This document shows, piece by piece, positions 1 through 10,697 of a stretch of DNA of 64,000 nt (position 1 is its first letter; each line of letters begins with the position of its first letter). A program made the position numbers and the translations under genes. Origin of the DNA: Spirochaetia bacterium (GTDB lineage: Bacteria; Spirochaetota; Spirochaetia; WTKD01; G963693115); NCBI GenBank assembly GCA_965226055.1, contig CBDDCA010000003.1:64001-128000 (forward strand), written 5' to 3'. The notes under the pieces are model-generated. The model was not told the DNA's origin. It saw only the letters and a program-made list of their open reading frames with translations, and made no database searches.

Positions 1-2
1 GA

Positions 3-3000
3 TATTTTAGCGGTAATTTTGATACAAAAGCAAATAAGGCTGACTATGTGTTTATATTAGAAAGTGAGCAAAATAAAAGTGATATGCATGTTAATATTAA
101 CCTTGAAGGCAATGAGCAAATATTAGATATAAACAGCTTTTTATTAACATATCGTCAGCAAATTATTGATTGGGATGGATACTTGAATGTACAAACTATG
201 GTGCCTTATGGAACAATAAAGAGTTACATTGACTCTCCTTTTGTAAGTATACCTCTCCATATGTCTATTGATTTCTCTTTTGAAACTGTATCAAATACTT
301 CTAAAGCATATATTCATGACTTTAAGTTACATAGTATTCCTCAATCAAACTTCACTATAGCATTTAATTATACTACTGATGTTTTACAGGTGTACGAAGA
401 AGGGAAAACAGCTCCTGTTATTCAGAGTAGGGTATATACTACACCAAGACAGCTTGTATCATCAATACGTGATGATTCTTATGTGCTACCGACAGAAAGA
501 AATATATATTTAGAGATACATACATTAAACTTAAAAGTTATAGATGGATGGTTATTTAATAATGATACTGTTCAGATATTTTCGAATGTTACCATTAATG
601 GAAATGTCAACATTACTACACTGCACAGTAAATTACAAAAAATTGATTATACCATAGATGTATACCATGAAACAAAAGATGACATCTCTTTTAAGAGTGA
701 AGGAACATACACACTTAATGAAGGATTTCAAGCCAAAGGAGAGCTAGTACTCAATACTTCTCTCAATGTACAGTTTGAAACTACTGATGATGAAAAAAGA
801 GTATTTTCTAACAACAATTTTCATATTCTCACCCAAGTTCAATACACTCTTCCAGCATTTAATGATACAGTAGATATACGTGCTATCACAAACGAGAATG
901 AAGTTAATCAGCTTGAAACAGAGAGTAATAAAAATATAGCGTTTACCACATTTCAAGATACTTTTGTACTGCATGGTACTGTTGCAAAAGAATCAATATC
1001 AGTATACCTTGATAATGTTTTTTCTACAGTCATTAATTTTGATACAACTGATATTAGCAACATATTTATTAGTTTTGATAAATTTACTCTGTCAGGGTTT
1101 AAGAATACATTGGATGGAGATATGAGTATTGTATTTCATCAAAATACTGTTTCTTATATTGAATCACAAATAACAGTATCAAATGATAACTTTATTGTGT
1201 TCCAGACAGATGTGTTATATGAAAATCATACTGGCACAATACAAAATTTAATTCTTGCTTCCGAAGATGATATATTTCGGGGTACAGGAATATTTATTCA
1301 TGATGATAATGGCAAAGGATTTAGCTTTGAGGTAACCGAAGCTAATCATAATGCCGCTCGTATAAATGATGATCTAAGAAAAGTATACGGCTCATTTAAC
1401 TCATTGAGTAATACTGTACGTATTCATATACATAATCTCACTACCTCTCTTTTTACTAAAAGAGTAGATGGAGTAATCAATGCTACCTTAGACATTAATC
1501 TTGATCTATCGTATATATTTCTCAGTATTGAAAACATTGATGTAACGATGGTAGCTTCAAATGATAGGTATATAGTAAATGGTAAAGCAAGTATGAATAA
1601 TAATGAGCTTCAATTACAACATATGCAAATTCAGAGGAATGATGTATTATACAAATTACACAGTGCATTATTTTCAAAGAAAACAGCCGAAATAGAGGCA
1701 CTTATTTCATCTGTACAAGAATCTTCGAATATACCTACAGTACATACACGTATTTCACTTTCAACACAAAATTCACTCATGGATCTACGATCGTTATTAC
1801 AGAAAACCACGAGCTTACCAATAGCAGAAGGAAAAATCACTATAACTCCTTTTTTTGAGACAGAGAGAAAATTTTCTCAAGATTTTACGCATACACTATT
1901 CTTTAAATCAAGTAGATATGTATCTACTTTTACAGAACAACAAAACAAATTGTATCTTACAAGAACTGTTGATGGAGCTATCAATGGAAAGATTGGAAAT
2001 CGTACTCTAGCATGGAATATGCTTGTGTCAGGCTCACTATTTGAAGATGATGTAAGAATGCGTTTTGATATCACTGATATTGATCTTGCGAGGTTGGTAT
2101 CTGAAGCATCAATACAAGAAATGTTACCTTTAACCGTATCTCAAGGGAAACTACAAGGAACATTTTTTATGAGAGGTACATTGAATGTACCACAATTCTA
2201 TGCCTCAGTAGAAGGGGCTGCTATTGAGTTATATTATCCACAATCAGAAGATACATATTCTATTGATACCTTCCCTATTAATATTAACAATAATCATATA
2301 AGCATTTCAAATGCTCTATTGACTACTACTGATGCAGCGGTACTTATCAGTGGAACTGGGTATCTTAATAATTATTCTTTTGGAAATCTGACACTTAATT
2401 TTTTCAGTCTTAAAAATTATCTCAGAATCTCTGAATTACCTCTTGCAAATGTAATGCTTACGGGGTTTGCAAAAGGTTCAGCTTCGTTGCATTTAGAACC
2501 ACAAACGATAAAAATAACAGGAGACATTTATCTTAAAAATACTTCTTTTTATATTATTGATGAAAGAGAAGAAGTAGCAGAGAGCAATATCACACATACA
2601 GATATAGATATTAATGTTCATTCTGAAAACAATGTTGTCTATTACTGGCCGAGCCCTACATTTCCTTTACTTAAAAGTAGTTTAGAAAAAGATCAAACAT
2701 TGAACATTCTGTATAATAGCTCGTTAGAGCTTATTGATCTACAAGGTACTATAACCTTACAAAGTGGGTTGATATATTATTTTAACAAAGGGTTTAAGAT
2801 TGTAAAAGGAAAGGTAGTGTTTAATAAAAAAATACAGGCTGTCCCTATTATTGAAGATTTTGAAGCAACATATCAAACAAGATTGAATAATCAAAGTTAT
2901 GTTATACAATTAAGCACACAAAGAAGTGCCTTTGATGACCTTGATTTTACTATAACAAGTACTCCATTACTATCTAATTTTGACCTCAATATTGTGCTAG

Positions 3001-3527
3001 GAACTTCTAATTTTGAAGATAATAATAGTGTAAATCAATCTTTTGATGATCCTTTTGATAATGTAAATAAAACCTTAGCTAGTTTTGGAGATCAATTAAG
3101 TAATATAGGTATATCTCAATTTGAACAAACACTTACAACAGCATTGGATATTGATTATCTTTCGTTTAAGACGAAAATTTTTAAGAATTTAGTAGAGTAC
3201 TCAAGTACTTCTGATATACAAAATAATAGTACCTTGTTAGCAAATACTACATTGGCATCTTTAGTAGATGGATCATCTATTGAAATTGGAAAATACATAG
3301 ATTTAGCGTATGTGAGTTTTATTCTTGAAATAAAAGAACGACAAGCGTTGTCTTTATCCGATCCTCTGTATGGTAGTTTTGCTTTTTCCCCTCAATTCAA
3401 TGTTGAAATTCCTACTCCTATTGTCAATGTCGGTTGGTCATTCAATTTTGCTTCTTTTATCAACAATAATACTGTAACTCAATATCCTCTCAATACCATT
3501 ACATTATCCTGGCAAAAAAGGTACTGA
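3..3527 (+). CDS. tamB: TamB/AsmA-like translocation and assembly module protein (5' partial)
   Basis: Long beta-rich ORF with no in-frame stop back to the window edge. It lies directly upstream of bamA, the usual position of the TamB homologue in spirochetes, and ends in a beta-strand-like LSWQKRY. Confidence 0.7.
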   Translation, partial: YFSGNFDTKANKADYVFILESEQNKSDMHVNINLEGNEQILDINSFLLTYRQQIIDWDGYLNVQTMVPYGTIKSYIDSPFVSIPLHMSIDFSFETVSNTSKAYIHDFKLHSIPQSNFTIAFNYTTDVLQVYEEGKTAPVIQSRVYTTPRQLVSSIRDDSYVLPTERNIYLEIHTLNLKVIDGWLFNNDTVQIFSNVTINGNVNITTLHSKLQKIDYTIDVYHETKDDISFKSEGTYTLNEGFQAKGELVLNTSLNVQFETTDDEKRVFSNNNFHILTQVQYTLPAFNDTVDIRAITNENEVNQLETESNKNIAFTTFQDTFVLHGTVAKESISVYLDNVFSTVINFDTTDISNIFISFDKFTLSGFKNTLDGDMSIVFHQNTVSYIESQITVSNDNFIVFQTDVLYENHTGTIQNLILASEDDIFRGTGIFIHDDNGKGFSFEVTEANHNAARINDDLRKVYGSFNSLSNTVRIHIHNLTTSLFTKRVDGVINATLDINLDLSYIFLSIENIDVTMVASNDRYIVNGKASMNNNELQLQHMQIQRNDVLYKLHSALFSKKTAEIEALISSVQESSNIPTVHTRISLSTQNSLMDLRSLLQKTTSLPIAEGKITITPFFETERKFSQDFTHTLFFKSSRYVSTFTEQQNKLYLTRTVDGAINGKIGNRTLAWNMLVSGSLFEDDVRMRFDITDIDLARLVSEASIQEMLPLTVSQGKLQGTFFMRGTLNVPQFYASVEGAAIELYYPQSEDTYSIDTFPININNNHISISNALLTTTDAAVLISGTGYLNNYSFGNLTLNFFSLKNYLRISELPLANVMLTGFAKGSASLHLEPQTIKITGDIYLKNTSFYIIDEREEVAESNITHTDIDINVHSENNVVYYWPSPTFPLLKSSLEKDQTLNILYNSSLELIDLQGTITLQSGLIYYFNKGFKIVKGKVVFNKKIQAVPIIEDFEATYQTRLNNQSYVIQLSTQRSAFDDLDFTITSTPLLSNFDLNIVLGTSNFEDNNSVNQSFDDPFDNVNKTLASFGDQLSNIGISQFEQTLTTALDIDYLSFKTKIFKNLVEYSSTSDIQNNSTLLANTTLASLVDGSSIEIGKYIDLAYVSFILEIKERQALSLSDPLYGSFAFSPQFNVEIPTPIVNVGWSFNFASFINNNTVTQYPLNTITLSWQKRY

Positions 3528-3599
3528 CATTAAATTATTTGTTTGATATAGTTAGAATAAGGTAGTAAATCTTTATAAAAGTACAAGGAAGGAGTTAGT

Positions 3600-6266
3600 T
3601 TGATTCTTAAAAAAAATGCTATAATAACCTCAATATCTATTGGTATATTTTTATTATACATACTAAATAATGCATATGCTCAGGACACTGGTACTACAAA
3701 CTCAGAAGATCCTAATTGGTTTTTGGATAAAAAAATTAGCTCATTTCAATATCAAGGGCTAAAAATAATTAGTCGTTCGGCAATGAACAATGTTTTGTCT
3801 GATTATATAGGAAAGAAATTTACATATGAAATATTACAGGAAATTCAAGGTATTTTATATGAACTTGATTTATTTCAGGAATTAACCCCTGAAGCAAGAA
3901 GAGGACCTAATGATGAGCTGGTGTTGTTTTTTTCTTTTGTTGAATATCCGAGTGTTTCCAGAATTAAATTTGTTGGCAATAAAAAAATAGGAGTAAGCTC
4001 GTTATTAGGAACTATTAGATTACGAAGAAATGAAATAGCCAATGAAAGAAAAATCAAAGAAGATGTTGAAGCTTTGAAGAAGTACTATTACGGACAAGGC
4101 TATCCTAAAACAGAAGTTGAGTATGAGCTTACCCCAGATATAACAGTTCCTGATCAAGTTGTTGTCACTTTTTATATAGCAGAAAATGAAAGAATATCTA
4201 TTACATCAATAAAATTTATTGGAAATAAACTATTTTCTCAACAGAAACTTGAAGGTATTATTAGCTCAAAAAAGAAATCTATTTTTTCTAGAGGCACATA
4301 CTCAGAAAGGCAAACAACAAATGATAGACGACTTATAGAAGAAGAATATGGAAAAAATGGATTTATTGATGCAAAGGTACTTGAGGTATTGATAGAGGAA
4401 TATCCTGATCCAAAAGCCTCTGAAAACACGAGTGTAGAACTTCAATTTATCATTCAAGAAGGGAAACGGTTTATGTTAGGCTCTATTGATTTTTCTGGCA
4501 ATACAATCTATACTTCTGATGAATTACGCAAGCTATTTTCTGTGAAAGAAGGGGATGTTCTTGATACATCAAAAATACAAAGAGGCTATGACAGAGTACG
4601 ATTGAAGTATTCTGATGAAGGATTTATGTTCAATCAGTACAGTATTCAAGAAAATAGAGATGATGTAGAAAGTAAAATGAACTATGTATTGCAAATTTTC
4701 GAGGCAGGACAAAGCCACGTAGAAAATATTATTATTCGAGGCAACATTGATACAAAAGATTTTGTTATTGAACGTGAACTAGGGTTTGAAGAAGGCGATC
4801 TTTTTACTGCACGTTTTGTCAATAATGCTCGTAATAATTTATTTAATACTCGTTATTTTCGTACTATTATTCCTGAAACAAAACCTGGTTCGGCTCCTGG
4901 CCTTATAGACTTAATTCTCAATTTAGAAGAAGATCGTACGCGTGATATCCGTCTCGGTATGACTTTTGGGGGAGCTTCTCAGTTTCCTATCAGTCTTTAC
5001 TTTAGCTGGAATCAGAATAACCTGTTCGGAAGAGGGCTTATTTGGAATAACAGTATAACAGCCTCTTTTTACGAGCAATCTATTAGAAGCTCTTTTATTG
5101 AACCACGTTTTCTTAATACAAATTTTTTATTAAGTGCATCGTTGAGTTTTAGCCATGAGCTTGTTGATAAAGTACCGCAGGATATTCTTTCTCCGTACCT
5201 CAATGCAAGTGCAAGCACTGTTAATTACGATCCTTATACTGGAAAATATGTATTTCCTGTTGATAAAACATACAAAGGAACGCAATACAAAGCAGGTGAT
5301 CCTTTTAAGGGTACTCCTACTGATGATGAAGTAGAAGAATTAGGATTAATCACTGATAGAAAGTATTTTTCTTCTTTTCTTAATTCAGTCAATAATAATT
5401 CTTTTATGAATTATGATATTTACCAAATTGGGGCTAGTGTTGGGTCAGGGTATACCTATAATACTCCTATTGGGGATGTAGGAGCAAGAGTAAGTGCAGG
5501 TCCTACTTTTTCGTATGTATATTATGATAAGTTTGCGTATAGAGCAGCAAATGTTCAAACAAGAAAGAATTTAGAAACATGGAAAGTATATAATAGCATA
5601 GGTATCAGCTTGTTCTTTGATAATCGAGATATATTTTTTATGCCAAGTAACGGATTTAGAGTGCAGCAGGATGTTATCTTTGTAGGAGGTCTTCTGTTTG
5701 GAGATTCACATTACATAAAAACAAGTACTTCAGCAGAAGCTCATTTCACACTATTTGATTGGCAAGTAGCAGAAAATTGGTCATGGAAGATGGTATTTGC
5801 TACTCAAACTACTTTTTCTACTATTTTGCCTCAATGGTATTATCCTCCAGGAACCTCATACGAAACAGATGGGCCTACTTTCAATCAAAAACTAAGGCTT
5901 AATGGAATATCAAATGCAAGAGGATGGTATAGAATATATAATGGTGAAGCATTATGGAATACTTGGTTTGAGCTTCGTATGCCACTCTATGAGACAGTTA
6001 TTTGGTGGGACCAAATATTTGAAGTTGCATCATTATGGACAAAATTGAATGACATTTATAATCAGGAAGATACTAATTATTACTTTACTCTTGGTTCAGG
6101 GTTTCGGTTTGTGTTGCGCCAATTTCCTTTAAGGATATATATTGCAAAACGTTTTTTAATTCAAAATAATGAATTAAAATGGCAAAGAGGAAATCTTTCC
6201 TCTTCAAATAGTTCCTCTGATACAGGAGGATTAGATCTTATTTTTGCTATATCAATTTTTGATTAA
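3600..6266 (+). CDS. bamA: Outer membrane protein assembly factor BamA
   Basis: Signal peptide, POTRA-like repeats (IKFVGNK, IKFIGNK, IDFSGNT, IIIRGN-TKDFVIEREL), NNLFGRG barrel start and an ARGW lid-lock-like motif. SD aggaaggag precedes the TTG start. Confidence 0.95.
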   Translation: MILKKNAIITSISIGIFLLYILNNAYAQDTGTTNSEDPNWFLDKKISSFQYQGLKIISRSAMNNVLSDYIGKKFTYEILQEIQGILYELDLFQELTPEARRGPNDELVLFFSFVEYPSVSRIKFVGNKKIGVSSLLGTIRLRRNEIANERKIKEDVEALKKYYYGQGYPKTEVEYELTPDITVPDQVVVTFYIAENERISITSIKFIGNKLFSQQKLEGIISSKKKSIFSRGTYSERQTTNDRRLIEEEYGKNGFIDAKVLEVLIEEYPDPKASENTSVELQFIIQEGKRFMLGSIDFSGNTIYTSDELRKLFSVKEGDVLDTSKIQRGYDRVRLKYSDEGFMFNQYSIQENRDDVESKMNYVLQIFEAGQSHVENIIIRGNIDTKDFVIERELGFEEGDLFTARFVNNARNNLFNTRYFRTIIPETKPGSAPGLIDLILNLEEDRTRDIRLGMTFGGASQFPISLYFSWNQNNLFGRGLIWNNSITASFYEQSIRSSFIEPRFLNTNFLLSASLSFSHELVDKVPQDILSPYLNASASTVNYDPYTGKYVFPVDKTYKGTQYKAGDPFKGTPTDDEVEELGLITDRKYFSSFLNSVNNNSFMNYDIYQIGASVGSGYTYNTPIGDVGARVSAGPTFSYVYYDKFAYRAANVQTRKNLETWKVYNSIGISLFFDNRDIFFMPSNGFRVQQDVIFVGGLLFGDSHYIKTSTSAEAHFTLFDWQVAENWSWKMVFATQTTFSTILPQWYYPPGTSYETDGPTFNQKLRLNGISNARGWYRIYNGEALWNTWFELRMPLYETVIWWDQIFEVASLWTKLNDIYNQEDTNYYFTLGSGFRFVLRQFPLRIYIAKRFLIQNNELKWQRGNLSSSNSSSDTGGLDLIFAISIFD

Positions 6267-6307
6267 ATTGATTGTAAATAGATAATAAATTACAGTATAA
6301 TCTAACC

Positions 6308-6847
6308 ATGATGAAATATAATATATTATTTGGCATTCTTTTTTGTCTTATATCTGTGTACTCACTCTCATCTCAAGAGCAAACAAATAATACTTCAATA
6401 TCCATTACAACGGTAGCTGTTATTGATATAAAAGTAATCTATGCTGCGTTTCCTAGTGAAGCCAGAGGATATAATAGCCTTATTGTCTTAAAAGAACAAT
6501 ATCAACAGGAGATTGACGATCAAATCGAAAGATTAAATATCATTAAACAAAGAAGAAAAAATGCTTTAGAGAATGGACTGTATGATGAAGCAGCAGACTA
6601 TGAAACTCAAATTACTAATCTGAGTAATTATATAAATGTACTCAGTGATAGAAGACAAGATGAGCTTATTAGATTAAGTAAATTACCTATATCTAAAAAT
6701 TTTCTGGACAGATTACAGAAAGCTATTGAGTTTGTTGCACAAGAAAATGGTTTTACTGTTGTCTTAAATACTGGAACAGAAGGGCTTCAATGGTGGGCTC
6801 CTGTTGTAGATATATCAGAAAAAGTGATAGAAAAACTAAAATCATAA
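6308..6847 (+). CDS. skp: Skp/OmpH periplasmic chaperone
   Basis: Signal peptide, VAVID N-terminal strand, coiled-coil middle and C-terminal VAQENGFTVVL...VDISEKVIEKL; located after bamA. Confidence 0.85.
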   Translation: MMKYNILFGILFCLISVYSLSSQEQTNNTSISITTVAVIDIKVIYAAFPSEARGYNSLIVLKEQYQQEIDDQIERLNIIKQRRKNALENGLYDEAADYETQITNLSNYINVLSDRRQDELIRLSKLPISKNFLDRLQKAIEFVAQENGFTVVLNTGTEGLQWWAPVVDISEKVIEKLKS

Positions 6848-6887
6848 GAAACTATGTATTTGTGCAATAGAAAGGATAATTATAATA

Positions 6888-9545
6888 ATGTCTGTAAATT
6901 ATAATCCAATGCATTCAAGCGATAAAAAATCTCATAAAAAATTGACTCCTATGTTACAGCAATATCATAAAGAAAAAATTCGATATAAAGATCATCTTTT
7001 ATTTTTTCGAGTAGGAGATTTTTTTGAATTATTTTTTGATGATGCAATTAGAGGATCAAAATTACTTGATATTACCCTTACTAAAAGAAATAATGTAGTT
7101 ATGTGTGGGGTTCCTGCACATGCTATTGATGCATACGTAAAACGCTTACTCAAACAAGGAGAAAAGGTAGCACTATGTGATCAAACAAGTCCTGCTCAAA
7201 AAGGAAATCTTGTCAAAAGAGAAGTAGTAGAAAAAATTACTCCAGGGACCATCAGTAATAGTGAATATTTAGAAAAAGCAGAGCATAATTATCTTTTAGC
7301 TATATATCTTGTATCAAACACATATCTTTGTGCTTGGATTGATGTATCTACTGGAGATTTTACTGTAAAGCATATGAGCCAAAGTTATGAGCAACTGTAC
7401 TCTTTAGTAGTACAAATTCAACCAAAAGAAATACTTGTTGCTGAATCTCAATTACAGGATAAAAGTATACTACGATTACAACAGGAACAAAACTCATTGT
7501 GCATTACTTCTGTACAAGATTGGTTTTTTTCTGAAGATGAAGGAGAACGCTATCTACGTGATGCATTAAAACTAGCAACACTGAAATCATTATCTTTTGA
7601 AGGAGAAAATAAGAAGCTATTATTAGTAATTTCTGCTATTATGCAGTATATCCATGTAAACAACAGCTATGTTATGAAAAGAATTCATAGTATCATTATC
7701 CATAATGATCAAGAATATATGCAACTGGATTCTGATGCTATCTATAACCTTGAACTCTTTTATTCAATGAGAGAACGAAAAACAGAGCATTCCCTCTTAC
7801 ATATTTTAGATTCTACTATCACTAAAATAGGGCATCGTTGTTTAGTGCAATGGCTTGCTCATCCATTACTTGATGAAACATATATCAATCATCGTCATAA
7901 CACTATTGCTTTTTTTCTTGAACACTCATCATTGCTTGCACAAATACAACAGAAATTATCCCAAATACATGATATCCCTCGCTTACTTACCCGTATAGCT
8001 ACTTACAAAGCACATGCAAGAAATGTAGCTTCATTATTACACAGTACTAAACATGCTTTAGAAATAGTACAATTATTAAAAGAATATGATTATAAATGGA
8101 TTATTGAACATGATATACATAAGGCCATTGATGAGGAAAAAATAGCACAGTTTATATCATATGTGGATAATTTTCTCAGTGATGATCCTCCGGTACATTT
8201 TGGTACAGAATATATTATTCGTAAAGGTATTGATGCTACTTTAGATGATTTACGTCATACCTATGAAAACGCAACAGATATCTTGAATGAATATGTTATG
8301 AGAGAAAACAGAACTACCTTACAGAATTTACGTTTGAAATTTAATAAGGTAGTAGGGTACTTTTTTGAAATTTCACCGAGCTTAAGAGGAAAGCTCCCAG
8401 ATTATTTCATACTTCGGCAAACACTTACAAATGCAGATAGATATAAAACTATTGAATTATCAGAGCTTGAATCAAGGATATTACAGGCAGAACAGCAGCG
8501 ACTTGAGAGAGAACAACTACTCTTTCGAAAAATGCTTGATGCTATTACGAGAATCATTCCTGATATTCAAAAGCTAGTTGCATATATTGCTGAAATTGAT
8601 GTGTTATGTAATTTTGCATCTAATGCTCGTAATTATCATTATACACGCCCAAAAATGTGTAAAGACAATACATTATACATTAAGCAAGGAAGACATCCTG
8701 TTATTGAGTATTATGCACATACTACTCAGTTTATCCCTAATAATCTTAAATTAGATGAGCAAGCACATACATTTGCTATATTGACTGCCCCTAATATGGC
8801 AGGAAAATCTACTTTTTTACGACAAAATGCACTTATTGTTCTTATGGCACAGATAGGATCATATGTTCCTGCAGAATATGCTGAAATTGGTATCAGAGAT
8901 AAAATCTTTTGTAGGGTAGGAGCGTCAGATAATCTTATTAAAGGAGATTCAACATTTTTATTAGAAATGAGTGAGACAGCCTATATCATTAAAAATGCTA
9001 CATCAAAAAGCTTAGTGATAATGGATGAAATAGGCAGAGGGACAAGCATCAATGATGGAAAAGCACTTGCACAAGCAATAGCTGAATATTTTATCGATAA
9101 AAAAATTTTTACCATATTTGCTACACATTATCACTCTTTAACACAATTAAAGCATACTAACATACAATATCTCACATTGAGCATTAGTATTCATAGTGAA
9201 CAAATAATCTTTACAAGGAAACTGAAAGAAGGTATAGCAAAAAGCTCCTATGGGATAGAAGTTGCTCAGCTTGCTGGAGTTGATACAAATATTATACAAA
9301 GAGCAAAAAAGTTGCTTATGAACAAACAGGATACAAATGAAAATAATACTCAAAGAGAAACAGTACAAGAATCGCAATTATTTCAAACATCTCAACAAAA
9401 TAATCAAATGGAATCGTATCTGAAACAGCTGGATGCATTAAAAGAGATAAACTTGCATGATATCACTCCCTTAGAAGCTATGACTCATTTACAAACTGTT
9501 CTTTCGGTGCTAAACAATACTTCTGAACATACTGTGCAAAATTAA
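6888..9545 (+). CDS. mutS: DNA mismatch repair protein MutS
   Basis: TPMLQQY, FRVGDFFELFFDDA, GRHPVIE, PNMAGKST, DEIGRGTS, FATHYH and SYGIEVAQLAG motifs. Confidence 0.97.
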   Translation: MSVNYNPMHSSDKKSHKKLTPMLQQYHKEKIRYKDHLLFFRVGDFFELFFDDAIRGSKLLDITLTKRNNVVMCGVPAHAIDAYVKRLLKQGEKVALCDQTSPAQKGNLVKREVVEKITPGTISNSEYLEKAEHNYLLAIYLVSNTYLCAWIDVSTGDFTVKHMSQSYEQLYSLVVQIQPKEILVAESQLQDKSILRLQQEQNSLCITSVQDWFFSEDEGERYLRDALKLATLKSLSFEGENKKLLLVISAIMQYIHVNNSYVMKRIHSIIIHNDQEYMQLDSDAIYNLELFYSMRERKTEHSLLHILDSTITKIGHRCLVQWLAHPLLDETYINHRHNTIAFFLEHSSLLAQIQQKLSQIHDIPRLLTRIATYKAHARNVASLLHSTKHALEIVQLLKEYDYKWIIEHDIHKAIDEEKIAQFISYVDNFLSDDPPVHFGTEYIIRKGIDATLDDLRHTYENATDILNEYVMRENRTTLQNLRLKFNKVVGYFFEISPSLRGKLPDYFILRQTLTNADRYKTIELSELESRILQAEQQRLEREQLLFRKMLDAITRIIPDIQKLVAYIAEIDVLCNFASNARNYHYTRPKMCKDNTLYIKQGRHPVIEYYAHTTQFIPNNLKLDEQAHTFAILTAPNMAGKSTFLRQNALIVLMAQIGSYVPAEYAEIGIRDKIFCRVGASDNLIKGDSTFLLEMSETAYIIKNATSKSLVIMDEIGRGTSINDGKALAQAIAEYFIDKKIFTIFATHYHSLTQLKHTNIQYLTLSISIHSEQIIFTRKLKEGIAKSSYGIEVAQLAGVDTNIIQRAKKLLMNKQDTNENNTQRETVQESQLFQTSQQNNQMESYLKQLDALKEINLHDITPLEAMTHLQTVLSVLNNTSEHTVQN

Positions 9546-10642
9546 AATAATTGATATGATAGTTGAGATAAATAGCGATCTATATCAAACTTATCAAAGA
9601 AAGGAGAAAAGCTTTTCCCTTCGTGCAATCTCATAACAATTTGAGCAGACATTCTTTGTGAAGGTACCACTTTAATAAAAGGGTACTCCTTTTCAAGATT
9701 AGCTCGTGGAATAGTATCAAGCGTTACTATGTCTTCAAATAAACCTTCTTCATATAATGTTTGAAATCTTTCTAATGCAGGATGTGAAAACACTGGATGT
9801 ATTACCGCAACATGCACTGATTTTACTTTCTTTTTTGCAAGTGATCGTAAAATTGCCTCAACAGATCCTCCTGTATCTATCATGTCATCGACTATCCATA
9901 TTTCTTTTTCACCAAGATCAGTAGAACTTAAAATATTGACTGATTCAATAGTATTTACACGCGTATAATCTCTTTGTTTGTAGCTATTTATAAAATCGGT
10001 ATGAAACGCAAGAGCAAAATCACGTGCCATAGATTCTCCACTTGAATCTACTGAACAAAAAAGCCAGTTATTCTTTACTTCTTCGTCTAACTTTTGTTTT
10101 GTTTTTACATAATTGCTTGCTATAAACTCCATAAGTTGTAATGTGGCAGGTATATCCTCTATTGAGCAAGTAGTAGGATCTACAATCGATTTACTTTTAT
10201 TTGAATGTAATTGATACGTGAGAATATAGTTTACTCCTAAATTGGCAAGAATCTTAAAATGAACCCATAAAGCAACACTGCTTCTTCCCATAGCTCTATC
10301 AGAGCGTGCAGGGGAACAATACGGCTCAAACAAAATAACACGCCCAGGATCACATCTACGAATAGCATCTACTGTATTGTAGAGTTGAATTTTAGCTTTT
10401 GCTGGATCATGATCAATCATGCTCCTCCCAGAATTGGCAAATAAGAATATATCTTTTCCTCGAATAGTTAAGTCAAGGACAGCCTCTATTTCTCCGTCAG
10501 CAAATGTTGTAATGCCAACACTATGCGGTTTATGATTAGAATATCCTCTTGCATAAAACTCTGGAAAAAGACATAATTCTTCAAATACTGCATTAGCGTA
10601 GTTTTCCATAGATTTTGTAGATAAAATTTGAAGTGAATTCAT
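9542..10642 (-). CDS. prs: Ribose-phosphate pyrophosphokinase (PRPP synthetase)
   Basis: FADGE, PYxxxARSDR, QLHS and IVDDMIDTGGS PRPP-binding loop. Start moved to ATG 10642 (MNSLQ) because the longer ORF overlaps recA and a -10 box lies at 10652-10657. Confidence 0.88.
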   Translation of the reverse strand: MNSLQILSTKSMENYANAVFEELCLFPEFYARGYSNHKPHSVGITTFADGEIEAVLDLTIRGKDIFLFANSGRSMIDHDPAKAKIQLYNTVDAIRRCDPGRVILFEPYCSPARSDRAMGRSSVALWVHFKILANLGVNYILTYQLHSNKSKSIVDPTTCSIEDIPATLQLMEFIASNYVKTKQKLDEEVKNNWLFCSVDSSGESMARDFALAFHTDFINSYKQRDYTRVNTIESVNILSSTDLGEKEIWIVDDMIDTGGSVEAILRSLAKKKVKSVHVAVIHPVFSHPALERFQTLYEEGLFEDIVTLDTIPRANLEKEYPFIKVVPSQRMSAQIVMRLHEGKSFSPFFDKFDIDRYLSQLSYQLF

Positions 10643-10697
10643 GCTAAACATAGTATAATATGTATAAGAAAAAAAATAAATAACTAAGGAAGGGTTT

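Noticed and set aside
6180-6266. BamA ending in ...SIFD and a Ser-rich last loop
   Set aside because: Spirochete BamA proteins often deviate from the terminal-Phe rule and can carry Ser-rich loops, so this is not distinctive.
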